IMG/VR virus record: IMGVR_UViG_3300045988_170019
Span: 1-60,535 of that record
From: a virus
Direction: 5' to 3' (one strand)
Length of the DNA stretch: 60,535 nucleotides
Part shown: positions 51,449 through 59,192 of the stretch, one piece after another
Position numbering within the stretch: position 1 is the first letter of the stretch
How the letters are laid out: every line of letters begins with the position of its first letter
Made by a program: the position numbers and the translations under genes
The notes under the pieces: model-generated
What the model was told of the DNA's origin: nothing
The model's database searches: none
The model's input: the letters and a program-made list of their open reading frames with translations, nothing else

Positions 51449-51764
51449 CATCATGATACCCGGCATAAACCTTAAATACGTTGATTGCATTCCGTACCAT
51501 TTCGTCGGTCTGGGTTGCGCTTTCAATATTTTTAGTTTTTGCTTCCGCTAATTTCTGCTGTGTTTTTAGCATTTCAAGTTCAAGCTTTGCCTGGGCAGTT
51601 CCAAGCTTCAAATAATGTGTAATTACCTGACTACTGGCCGTATGGTTCATCAGCTGCTCTTCAGCACAATCCATCGCTAATGCAATCAACTGCTTTTCTC
51701 GTGCTTCCGGGCTTCTTGCTCTTCGCATCACCGGTTTCTCTCCAGTAGATGCACGTCTTGCCAT
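51438..51764 (-). CDS. terS: putative terminase small subunit
   Basis: 108-aa basic/helical protein (SPEAREKQLIALAMDCAEEQLMNHTASSQVITHYLKLGT). It is the first gene after the structured non-coding region and lies upstream of HNH and terL. Confidence 0.45.
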   Translation of the reverse strand: MARRASTGEKPVMRRARSPEAREKQLIALAMDCAEEQLMNHTASSQVITHYLKLGTAQAKLELEMLKTQQKLAEAKTKNIESATQTDEMVRNAINVFKVYAGYHDDED

Positions 51765-52058
51765 ACTTTACCACTCCTTTCTGGATTTAGTGAGAGAGTT
51801 TTTGCAGGGAATAAGGGTACTTCTCGAAAGGAGAATAAAAAGAGAAGTGTAGCCGTACCTTATTTCGTTACCCTTATTCCCTCCAAATACCCCCTCACAG
51901 CGCCGTAAATATCATCGGATTCAGCGTATCTCCCATAAACAACCAAAATCCGGTTCATGCTGAGGAATCAACTTCCCCAAAAATCACCCTCCGGAGATTT
52001 TTCAAAGATCGGCGCGATGAAGGGAGGGGGTGATATTTTTTAGACCCCCCTATATCCT
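51765..52058. promoter_or_regulatory. 294-nt structured non-coding region upstream of terS (candidate cos/pac region and/or late promoter)
   Basis: Largest non-coding gap in the late region. Contains the 75-nt inverted repeat and a second one (ATCACCCTCC at 51984-51993 / GGAGGGGGTGAT at 52023-52034). Confidence 0.45.
51807..51881. repeat. 75-nt nested inverted repeat (13-bp perfect outer arms GGGAATAAGGGTA / TACCCTTATTCCC)
   Basis: Outer arms at 51807-51819 and 51869-51881. Inner arms CTTCTC/GAGAAG at 51820-51825 and 51842-51847. An extra ATAAGGTAC half-site is present. Confidence 0.85.
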
Positions 52059-52373
52059 TTACGAACTAACATCAGATGAAACCAATTCATTTTTCTTATT
52101 TTTATCTGACACTTTTACATAAATTCCCATAAAATCTGTGTTTAAGATCTCGTTAATTGCTGTTTCAATGTTTTCTTCAATTTCTTCATCACTCAGCTCA
52201 TCATCATTTGTACTCAAGCCAAGTGCATCAAGCGTTCTTGCAAGCAAACCGCAAGAATTGTAGCCCTTTTGAATATCAAACATGAACCAAGGAACGAATT
52301 GCTCGAATGGGTCATAAGGATTATCATAAGTCGTTAAACTATAACGAATTAGAGAAGACTTTTCTTCTTTCAT
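52059..52373 (-). CDS. hypothetical acidic protein (104 aa)
   Basis: Track ORF with an AAAGGAGTGAATTC SD. Confidence 0.5.
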   Translation of the reverse strand: MKEEKSSLIRYSLTTYDNPYDPFEQFVPWFMFDIQKGYNSCGLLARTLDALGLSTNDDELSDEEIEENIETAINEILNTDFMGIYVKVSDKNKKNELVSSDVSS

Positions 52374-52391
52374 TTCAAGAATTCACTCCTT

Positions 52392-55196
52392 TCATTTCAA
52401 ATATTTACTTACTGTAGATGCCGAAATATTAAGACTTTCTGCAATTTCAGTTGTTGAATAACCAGACGCAGCACGAGCTTTAATCAAGTTAATCTTTGCC
52501 TGACTTAATTCGGCGCTTTGTCTTGGTGTTGCACGAGCACGAAGTTCATCGATGTCCATGTTATCAATGATTTTTCTTAAAACGTTCTCACTAATAGCAC
52601 CCGCCTGAATCGCTTCCCATTCACGATCAGTCATTTTAATAGGGGTACGCTTGGCCCCTACCTGAGTCCGGGCCCGTACAAGGGCCTGCTGGGATACCTT
52701 CTTTAGCATCTTTTTACTACTATTCTCAGCCAGTGATGGGTCTTCTGCTACCTTAGCCTTAACCTCATTATTAGCAAGGATCTGTGCCCGACGTTCTTTA
52801 GGACGATTAGCTTCTGACACTGCAAGTTTAGCCATAAGAGTGTCCACCTCATCCTTATAAGCTGCCTTAGCTGATGCCTTATATTCGATCTTACCCGCAT
52901 TCAGCATATCTTTTCGTGCTCGATTTGCAAGCGATTTCATATGGTTTGCATAATCAGCATAAGCCTGCTCCTGCTTGGTATTCATATCCGATACCAGAGT
53001 ATACGCATCTTTGGCCTCGGCCATCCTGGTAGAAGGCTGAGTTCTCATCTTAACCTTACCGGTCTCTACCCATTCGCCAGTGGTCTTATCTTTCTTTTTC
53101 TCGTTATAGTAGAGATCTTTTGTTACAGTCCAATACTGTTCGCCAGTTTCTGGATCAATCTTGGCTGAACCCTGACGCTTGGGAACGCTGACTTCACTCT
53201 TCGCAAGACTAAGCAAAGTAGAAGCACCTTCATGATATCTGCCATTTTCATCAATAGTACCTTGATATTTACGTTTTAAGGCAGCAATACCATTCTCTTC
53301 TTCACTGCGCTTGTAATCAAGATGATGCTTCTCGGCATCAATAACAACCATTGAATGTCTAACAGCACGAGCCAATTCGTCGTCTGTAGCGCCTTTCAAC
53401 GTCATATCGGTAATCAAGTTAGAAATAACGCCCATCTGTTTCTGAGTGTCTTTCATCACTTTCATACCCTCACGTTCAGGGTAGGCCATCTTAGGGTCAA
53501 ACCAAGAACCATCAGAATTCTTAAGACCTTTCAGTGGTTCTTTAGAAAGAATTTTAATCTTTCCGCCTGTAGGAATGACCATAACAGTATCGCCGTCAAA
53601 GTCTGCGCCAGACAATCGTTCTGCAACTTTAGAGCTAATACCAACCGCATCTAAAGGATTCGCACCGAGAACCCGTTTACCTTCCGGATTCTTATTATTC
53701 ACTTTTAGTACCGGAATCTCAAAGATGCCGCCATGAGGAAAGCGAACAAGCGCAACACTTTCACCATCTTTATAGTTGGGTGCATAAACTTCATTATCGC
53801 CAATACTGGTAAGCGGTACGATAACTTGATAACGCTGTCTCGGTAATGCAGCAGCCTTCAAAGTAACAGCATCTTTATCACAACCATCGGCAAACTTCTT
53901 CAAAAGAACTTTTTTAATAGTTGGATTTGTAAGTGCATTGATTTCTGCTAATTCCTCATCGGCAGCGGCTTTAGTCAAATTAAGCTGTTTATGAATCAAC
54001 TGGATGCTCTGTTTTCCCAAAAACTGCGATGGCAATCGTTTAGACCATTCGCCCCAATCACCTTCGGCTTTACATTTGTTAATGAGAGATAGAGACTGTT
54101 TTTTACCAGTAACACCGTCAACATAATCGCCTTTGGGATCATCGTAAAAAGACTGACCACCATGTTCTTTGATTAAAGCACCAAATGGATTATCCCGATC
54201 AATCTCACCATCGGGTTTGGTTTTTACCGGTTTCAAAACTTCACGCCAAGTTTTATTGGAAGACTTATTAGTATTAAAAATAACGTCAACCCCATCCGGC
54301 ATATCATCCGAATAAACGGCCATACCTTTCAAATACCGGTCTCCACCAACCATAATACGAACCTGAGCATAATTGGATTCGCCAAGATTCAAATCCTTTA
54401 CGCCGCGACGAAGCTCAATCACACCATCTTTTTCAAGACCGCCTTCTTCAGCATACCGAATTTTCAAACGTTTTGGGTCCATACTGGACGGATATTCGAA
54501 AGGCTTATGAAATGTCTCGCCATCATCATACGAAACCGCATAATCTGAGACGGCTCCAATTTTAGAAACGTCATAGATATCGCTTTTCTCAGTACCAGGC
54601 TTGCACAAAAGCTTCAATGTAGTTTTCTGATTTGGATTTGTAACCTGATTTAGTCGTCTTTTTTCGGTTAAATATCCATCAACTTCCAACTGATACAAAG
54701 CTTCATCCAGTTTATTTCTTGAAACACCCAATTCCCGTTCAACGCCAGGCCCAACATCCACAATACCTTTTTCATCCACAATTTCTTTCAGCTTTTTCGC
54801 CGTTGTAACAGCAGCTCTAGTCCTTGCTTCCGAATTTTCATTGAGTAAACTTCGAATCGTAGATTCATTCAAACCGCCCATTGCTTTACCAATATCAGCA
54901 TTACTCAGACCATCTTCTTTTAGACTCCGAGCACGGTCAATCTGCCAAATTCGGGATTGATTTTTTGCATAAGCAATCTGAGGTCTAAGTTTTGTCGTAG
55001 TAGTGCCCATTGCTTCAGCAATCTCAACTTCAGAAAGTCCCTGATTCTGATATTCATAATATCGACTCAAAATTGTACCGGTTCTTTGATACGGGTTTTC
55101 GCCACTGCCCCATGGATATCTACCAGAATGTCTCGGCGTGCCATAATGGGCTAATTCTTCAATTTCCTCTAAGGATGGTTTAACGCGGTATTGCAT
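52392..55196 (-). CDS. YonO/RdRP-like double-psi-beta-barrel RNA polymerase homolog with HTH-like segments (934 aa)
   Basis: aa484-494 VRFPHGGIFEI, aa529-536 SGADFDGD (DFDGD at nt 53589-53603) and aa617-624 VVIDAEKH match the R.P.H / ADFDGD / VD..K pattern of beta'-type and RdRP/YonO-type catalytic barrels. HTH-like segments at aa52-75, aa96-120 and aa912-934. Confidence 0.55.
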   Translation of the reverse strand: MQYRVKPSLEEIEELAHYGTPRHSGRYPWGSGENPYQRTGTILSRYYEYQNQGLSEVEIAEAMGTTTTKLRPQIAYAKNQSRIWQIDRARSLKEDGLSNADIGKAMGGLNESTIRSLLNENSEARTRAAVTTAKKLKEIVDEKGIVDVGPGVERELGVSRNKLDEALYQLEVDGYLTEKRRLNQVTNPNQKTTLKLLCKPGTEKSDIYDVSKIGAVSDYAVSYDDGETFHKPFEYPSSMDPKRLKIRYAEEGGLEKDGVIELRRGVKDLNLGESNYAQVRIMVGGDRYLKGMAVYSDDMPDGVDVIFNTNKSSNKTWREVLKPVKTKPDGEIDRDNPFGALIKEHGGQSFYDDPKGDYVDGVTGKKQSLSLINKCKAEGDWGEWSKRLPSQFLGKQSIQLIHKQLNLTKAAADEELAEINALTNPTIKKVLLKKFADGCDKDAVTLKAAALPRQRYQVIVPLTSIGDNEVYAPNYKDGESVALVRFPHGGIFEIPVLKVNNKNPEGKRVLGANPLDAVGISSKVAERLSGADFDGDTVMVIPTGGKIKILSKEPLKGLKNSDGSWFDPKMAYPEREGMKVMKDTQKQMGVISNLITDMTLKGATDDELARAVRHSMVVIDAEKHHLDYKRSEEENGIAALKRKYQGTIDENGRYHEGASTLLSLAKSEVSVPKRQGSAKIDPETGEQYWTVTKDLYYNEKKKDKTTGEWVETGKVKMRTQPSTRMAEAKDAYTLVSDMNTKQEQAYADYANHMKSLANRARKDMLNAGKIEYKASAKAAYKDEVDTLMAKLAVSEANRPKERRAQILANNEVKAKVAEDPSLAENSSKKMLKKVSQQALVRARTQVGAKRTPIKMTDREWEAIQAGAISENVLRKIIDNMDIDELRARATPRQSAELSQAKINLIKARAASGYSTTEIAESLNISASTVSKYLK

Positions 55197-55198
55197 AA

Positions 55199-55849
55199 TT
55201 AAGCCTCCGATTTTTTAATTTCTTCTACCAGATTGACGCCAGCAACAATTTTATCCATAACGGGGCGAATATCATCCAACGTTGGATTGATTGCAATTAC
55301 ATCCTCAGACTGATAAATCCGCAACTCAAAATCAAGTTTATTCAAATCCAGTTTCATTCGCTTGATGTCGTTTTCATACTCCAAACAAAAAAGAGCAGCG
55401 TAAATCAATAGCTGCTCCATATGGGCCGGTGTCGTCCCTGTTTTTAAATCATGAATTCTAACTCGATTCTGATAAAATGAAATTGCATCTGTTGTACCAA
55501 AACAAGTCGGGGCGTAATACAAAACTTGTTCTGGAGACATTCGGTAACTGATCGCGTCGTTCACATAATTCCGAAAATTCCCGAACAGATCATCAACGTT
55601 AAATACCCCCCTAGGTACTCCGTGAGATAGCAAATGATAAGTAAGCAGTTTTGAATCCGACTTTGACAGCTTCATATGATTCTCAATTAATCCCGCTGCC
55701 AATTCGTGCAGATACGTCCCAACCGCTTGGGTATAGCTGCTTTTATATTTGGCAATCATTTGGTCATCCGTATAATTCAACCAATGATATTTGCTTGCGC
55801 CCAAAAAGGCATGTTCACCGACTAACTTGGAATGATCGTGCCAAATCAT
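55199..55849 (-). CDS. PD-(D/E)XK (Cas4/RecB-like) nuclease
   Basis: GASKYH...TDAISF....VRIHDLKTG.....EQLLIYAAL matches the D..(D/E)xK plus QxxxY layout. Confidence 0.55.
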   Translation of the reverse strand: MIWHDHSKLVGEHAFLGASKYHWLNYTDDQMIAKYKSSYTQAVGTYLHELAAGLIENHMKLSKSDSKLLTYHLLSHGVPRGVFNVDDLFGNFRNYVNDAISYRMSPEQVLYYAPTCFGTTDAISFYQNRVRIHDLKTGTTPAHMEQLLIYAALFCLEYENDIKRMKLDLNKLDFELRIYQSEDVIAINPTLDDIRPVMDKIVAGVNLVEEIKKSEA

Positions 55850-56120
55850 CTAAAACCTCCATCATGTTTTCAGGGTAAACAAATCTTCCAACAGACATTT
55901 TGTCTGCCTGCAAAATATAAAAGTCCTGATTTGGTTGATGACTCGCTTTTTCACTCTGCTTAATCTCCAGTACCGCCCAACGATCTTTATACAAAACCGT
56001 TAAATCTGGAAATCCCTGAATATAATTGGGATCATTCTTCAAAACAATCGCTCCAGGAAACCGTTTCTTAATTTCCCGTATAAGTTTTGCTTGAAACGCC
56101 GATTCCTTCATGTTGAGCAT
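55815..56120 (-). CDS. VRR-NUC-type nuclease (101 aa)
   Basis: ESAFQAKLI..I...P......N....QGFPDLTVLY..RWAVLEIKQ......NQ. Confidence 0.55.
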   Translation of the reverse strand: MLNMKESAFQAKLIREIKKRFPGAIVLKNDPNYIQGFPDLTVLYKDRWAVLEIKQSEKASHQPNQDFYILQADKMSVGRFVYPENMMEVLDDLARSFQVSR

Positions 56121-56130
56121 TCTCCTTTAT

Positions 56131-56186
56131 GCAAAAAGCAAGAGAATATGTCCAATAGCAAAAGTCGCCATTGTATCTATTCTCTT
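56131..56186 (-). terminator. long-loop hairpin plus U-run immediately downstream of a promoter-motif copy
   Basis: Minus strand: AAGAGAATA-(29 nt)-TATTCTCTT then GCTTTTTGC. The predicted start site falls inside the 5' arm. Confidence 0.4.
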
Positions 56187-56187
56187 C

Positions 56188-56211
56188 ATAAAAGAGCATG
56201 AAATTTTCGCG
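56188..56211 (-). promoter_or_regulatory. Promoter-motif copy (CGCG-N14-TAWAAT, weak -10)
   Basis: Minus strand: CGCGAAAATTTCATGCTCTTTTAT then GAAG. Confidence 0.4.
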
Positions 56212-56236
56212 TGCTTTTATTTTCTACCAAATCAGG

Positions 56237-56276
56237 ATATAAAAATAAGCCCATGTACATTTCTGCACACAGGCTT
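56237..56276 (-). terminator. intrinsic terminator
   Basis: Minus strand: AAGCCTGTGTGCAGAAATGTACATGGGCTT then ATTTTTATAT. Confidence 0.6.
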
Positions 56277-56302
56277 AAAAACCATTTGTTTAATTTTAAA
56301 GA

Positions 56303-56650
56303 TTACTCCCAGTCTTCATCATCACGATATGTACTACCATACTCATCGTTGAAATCGTCTTCATAGGTTGCTTCCACACTAGGATAACCATAACCCTCAT
56401 CGGCTTCTTCGTCCGTAATGGAATACTTGCAAACCGGGCATTCGTAGTATCCCTCCGGTTTATGGTCACAAAGCATATGGCAATCCGGACAATACTGAAG
56501 TCCTGTAGGAAGATGATCCTTTGCGCTACATCTTTTGATCTCAACAACACCATCAGGACCATCAAAGACATCAACTTTGTGATTTCCGCCATCCGTGTAA
56601 CCACCGACACGCTTAACCGGTTTCTTCTTGCCAAAATTAAACAATCCCAT
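56303..56650 (-). CDS. zinc-ribbon protein (115 aa)
   Basis: CPDCHMLC...CPVCKY, with an acidic C-terminus. Confidence 0.55.
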   Translation of the reverse strand: MGLFNFGKKKPVKRVGGYTDGGNHKVDVFDGPDGVVEIKRCSAKDHLPTGLQYCPDCHMLCDHKPEGYYECPVCKYSITDEEADEGYGYPSVEATYEDDFNDEYGSTYRDDEDWE

Positions 56651-56683
56651 TAATTGAAGCCTCCTTTATCTTTAAGTGATTAT

Positions 56684-56712
56684 ACTATACCACATCACCC
56701 GGGAGGCCGCAA
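56684..56712 (-). promoter_or_regulatory. canonical sigma70-type promoter
   Basis: Minus strand: TTGCGG-17 nt-TATAGT (with TG just upstream of the -10), 25 nt before the AAAGGAGG SD of 56303..56650. No CGCG motif. Confidence 0.5.
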
Positions 56713-56768
56713 GAAAGAAAATTTGCTATTACATAAAAATCTGCCTCACGATCTTATTTGCCATGAGC

Positions 56769-57212
56769 TTAATCAAAATCTAATCGGTCATACCCCTGAT
56801 AGAAGAAATACGAAACCGGAACGTGCAGCGCATTTGCAATTTTAGCTACTGTAACTATACTTGGCATTTGTGTTCCGGTCAAATATCTTGATATCATACA
56901 TGGCGTAATCCCGGCTTCTTCAGCCAAACCTTTTCCATTTTGAGAATCTTCTTGAATTGCCGCTTTTAACTGAAACATAAACCATTTTTTAATTTGTTCG
57001 TCAGTCATGTGCTCTGGATCAGCAGGTGCACGTCTAATCGCTCCAGTGTATTGGTTGAAGATATAAACAATACCATCCGAAATAAAAGCGTAGTCTGTTC
57101 CCGAATTTATACTCAATCGTTTATAGTCCGTAAGCTTTGCAAATTTTTGAGGATAGAATAATTCGAGATTCCGCAAAAAGTTCGAGTCCCAATATGCATC
57201 ATGCTCTTTCAT
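56769..57212 (-). CDS. XRE-family HTH transcriptional regulator (HTH at the C-terminus)
   Basis: GKGLAEEAGITPCMISRYLTGTQMPSIVTVAKIANALHVPVSYFF. Confidence 0.65.
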   Translation of the reverse strand: MKEHDAYWDSNFLRNLELFYPQKFAKLTDYKRLSINSGTDYAFISDGIVYIFNQYTGAIRRAPADPEHMTDEQIKKWFMFQLKAAIQEDSQNGKGLAEEAGITPCMISRYLTGTQMPSIVTVAKIANALHVPVSYFFYQGYDRLDFD

Positions 57213-57239
57213 AAAAATTAGCTCTCCTTTAAAAAATTC

Positions 57240-57255
57240 AAAAAAAAAAAAAAAA
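57240..57255. repeat. A16 homopolymer (T16 on the coding strand) in the 5' leader of the XRE gene
   Basis: Sixteen consecutive A residues between the promoter motif at 57281-57304 and the SD of 56769..57212. Confidence 0.9.
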
Positions 57256-57280
57256 CGATTTTATATTAATATATACCAAT

Positions 57281-57304
57281 ATTATCTAAGTAGATAATTT
57301 CGCG
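57281..57304 (-). promoter_or_regulatory. Promoter-motif copy (CGCG-N14-TAWAAT)
   Basis: Minus strand: CGCGAAATTATCTACTTAGATAAT. Confidence 0.5.
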
Positions 57305-57325
57305 CATATTTAATAAAAATGGCAA

Positions 57326-57412
57326 TTTTTTTATTTTTTCTGAATTTTTAGCCATTTTTGACCGATTTTTGCCCAAAATTAGCCATTTTTAATAAAAATC
57401 AGATGATTTTTT
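57326..57412. repeat. Helically phased T5-7 tracts with AGCCATTTTT direct repeats (intrinsically bent DNA)
   Basis: T-tracts start at 57326, 57334, 57345, 57355, 57366, 57386 and 57407. AGCCATTTTT occurs twice (57350-57359 and 57381-57390). Confidence 0.7.
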
Positions 57413-57654
57413 CACCGCCAAGTCTTTCCGCTCTTTTTGTCAGTGAGCACAATTCTTTCTTCAATTTTGAATTCTGCGAGTTCGCAAATGTAAAAAATTG
57501 TTCCCAAAAGCTTCTTAAATCGGATTTCATCATCTTTTTCCATGTTATTAAAAGCCTCAAAAGGAGTCAAATCCGTATACCCGAGACTATTTTTTCTCGG
57601 ATTTTCACTCGTTTTCCAAGCACTTTTCTCAGAATCAAAGGTCGATTTTTTCAT
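57412..57654 (-). CDS. hypothetical protein (80 aa)
   Basis: Track ORF. The C-terminal EERIVLTDKKSGKTWR resembles small proteins of Firmicutes mobile elements (from memory only). Confidence 0.5.
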   Translation of the reverse strand: MKKSTFDSEKSAWKTSENPRKNSLGYTDLTPFEAFNNMEKDDEIRFKKLLGTIFYICELAEFKIEERIVLTDKKSGKTWR

Positions 57655-57871
57655 TTTCTCCTCCTTTATTCATAAAAATTTTAGAGTAAATTTGCTTCAA
57701 AAGAGCGATTTCTGGGTATAAAAGAAGCCCTCCAACCGTCAAAATTGCAGGGCAGCCAATAAAAATAAAGGCTAAAAGTTTCAAAATATAGATACAATTT
57801 TCATCAAATACAGTCATTTTAAAGTGATTTAAACCTCTCTTTGCACGCGGAATTTGGGAATAAAATGCCAT
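57635..57871 (-). CDS. membrane protein (78 aa)
   Basis: Hydrophobic core ILKLLAFIFIGCPAILTVGGLLLY. TAATG junction with mazG. Confidence 0.45.
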   Translation of the reverse strand: MAFYSQIPRAKRGLNHFKMTVFDENCIYILKLLAFIFIGCPAILTVGGLLLYPEIALLKQIYSKIFMNKGGENEKIDL

Positions 57872-58203
57872 TAAATATCTCCCTCTTTTCGATGTAAACT
57901 TTTATCGGCTTCAAACCCATCCGGATAGCGATTTTTGAGTTTATCAACATTCATCTGACAAATATCATCAAGCTCCCAACCGTGGGCAGTACAATATTCC
58001 GCGATAAACCACATTAAATCTCCGAGTTCTTTTTTCGCATGTTCTTCATTAAATTCATGTCCCTGATAAGTTTTCTGATAAATCCCATGAAGCTCACCAA
58101 TTTCTGAAACCATACCGTGAAGAGCATGTTTTCCCTGCTCCTTCCAGGTCAGATCATGATTCATAGTACGGTAAGCAAGGTTCTGATATTCAACAATTTC
58201 CAT
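57871..58203 (-). CDS. mazG: MazG-like nucleoside triphosphate pyrophosphohydrolase
   Basis: YQ..A.RT........L.HG..G..SEIGEL........E...ELGDLMWFIAE......G..L....Q.N..KL..RYP.GF. Confidence 0.75.
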   Translation of the reverse strand: MEIVEYQNLAYRTMNHDLTWKEQGKHALHGMVSEIGELHGIYQKTYQGHEFNEEHAKKELGDLMWFIAEYCTAHGWELDDICQMNVDKLKNRYPDGFEADKSLHRKEGDI

Positions 58204-58206
58204 AAT

Positions 58207-58437
58207 TTAATCCTCCAAAATAGTAACACAGTCATGCGTAATTTCCGGTGCATAGCGGTACCTAGCAACGCTCAACTTAACGTTCGAATACTTTGCCAAC
58301 GAACGTATTTGACGCTCTCCTAGTGGCTGATAGAGCATGTAGCGGACGCCTTTACATCCATCTTTTGTAACAATATCATCCGCTTCAAAAATTCCATCAG
58401 GAACGATTTTTAAAAGCTTTGTGAATGTTAGTTTCAT
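58207..58437 (-). CDS. hypothetical protein (76 aa)
   Basis: Start moved to the ATG after GGAGAAAT. Confidence 0.5.
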   Translation of the reverse strand: MKLTFTKLLKIVPDGIFEADDIVTKDGCKGVRYMLYQPLGERQIRSLAKYSNVKLSVARYRYAPEITHDCVTILED

Positions 58438-58441
58438 CGAT

Positions 58442-58651
58442 TTATTTCTCCGTTCTCGGATAAAAATACTTGTCTCTAACAGCCGTAATTCGGAATTCAT
58501 AATAAGATGTGACATTATTAGCGTTATACACTAGCTCGCTAAGAGAAATCCTGTCACCCAAATACTCGCCGATGAAATGATCCAATTCTTCTTTCATATG
58601 TTCGTTCAAAATATCAACGATTAATTGACAGGTTTGTTCCGTATTAGCCAT
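58442..58651 (-). CDS. hypothetical protein (69 aa)
   Basis: Track ORF, coupled to its neighbours. Confidence 0.5.
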   Translation of the reverse strand: MANTEQTCQLIVDILNEHMKEELDHFIGEYLGDRISLSELVYNANNVTSYYEFRITAVRDKYFYPRTEK

Positions 58652-58913
58652 TTTCTATCTCCTCGTATGTTTCCGTAAAGATATCGGGTTTGCAAGAATA
58701 ATACTCTCCATGAACACCTTGAATAATGTAGTCGCCAACTTCTGCGTCTATATCCCCTTCTAGTGTTTCGATAAATAACCTTGTAATGCCAAAAGTGTTT
58801 TCGTATAAAGTAAGAGGTTGCTCTTTAACAAATTCGGCAATTTCATCAAAATTATATCCAGTCCATTTTACCGCACGGATAACGATTGGTCTTTTTACGT
58901 ATCGTTTAATCAT
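58644..58913 (-). CDS. small phage protein, paralog of the N-domain of 59193..59708
   Basis: KRYVKRPIVIRAVKWTG.N.DEI.EFV...TLEGD..A.VGDYIIQGVHGEYYSCKPDIFTETYEEI versus KTFVKKPVQVQTVQWTGDNDEEIKEFV...[37 protein letters not shown]. Confidence 0.55.
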   Translation of the reverse strand: MIKRYVKRPIVIRAVKWTGYNFDEIAEFVKEQPLTLYENTFGITRLFIETLEGDIDAEVGDYIIQGVHGEYYSCKPDIFTETYEEIENG

Positions 58914-59166
58914 TTGATTCTCCTTTCCAAATAAGAGGCTGCCCATTTTCATTAACCATCACAGTAAGACCCCCGCTATAACCGCCAGTGTGCCAAAAAT
59001 ACATTACGTTGGTTTCCGAGTCTACATAAATTACATTTAAAAAATCAGCGTAGACTTTACGAAATCGTCCGTTATTTTCGTTATTTTCATATTCAGTATT
59101 AAAGTTTCTGCCAGAGCAGCCTGAAAGAATAATTGCCAAGGCCAACATAATCGCTAGTTTCTTCAT
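58906..59166 (-). CDS. lipoprotein (86 aa)
   Basis: MKKLAIMLALAIILSGC lipobox. Confidence 0.55.
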   Translation of the reverse strand: MKKLAIMLALAIILSGCSGRNFNTEYENNENNGRFRKVYADFLNVIYVDSETNVMYFWHTGGYSGGLTVMVNENGQPLIWKGESND

Positions 59167-59192
59167 TATTTATCCTCCATAATAAGTTCAGA

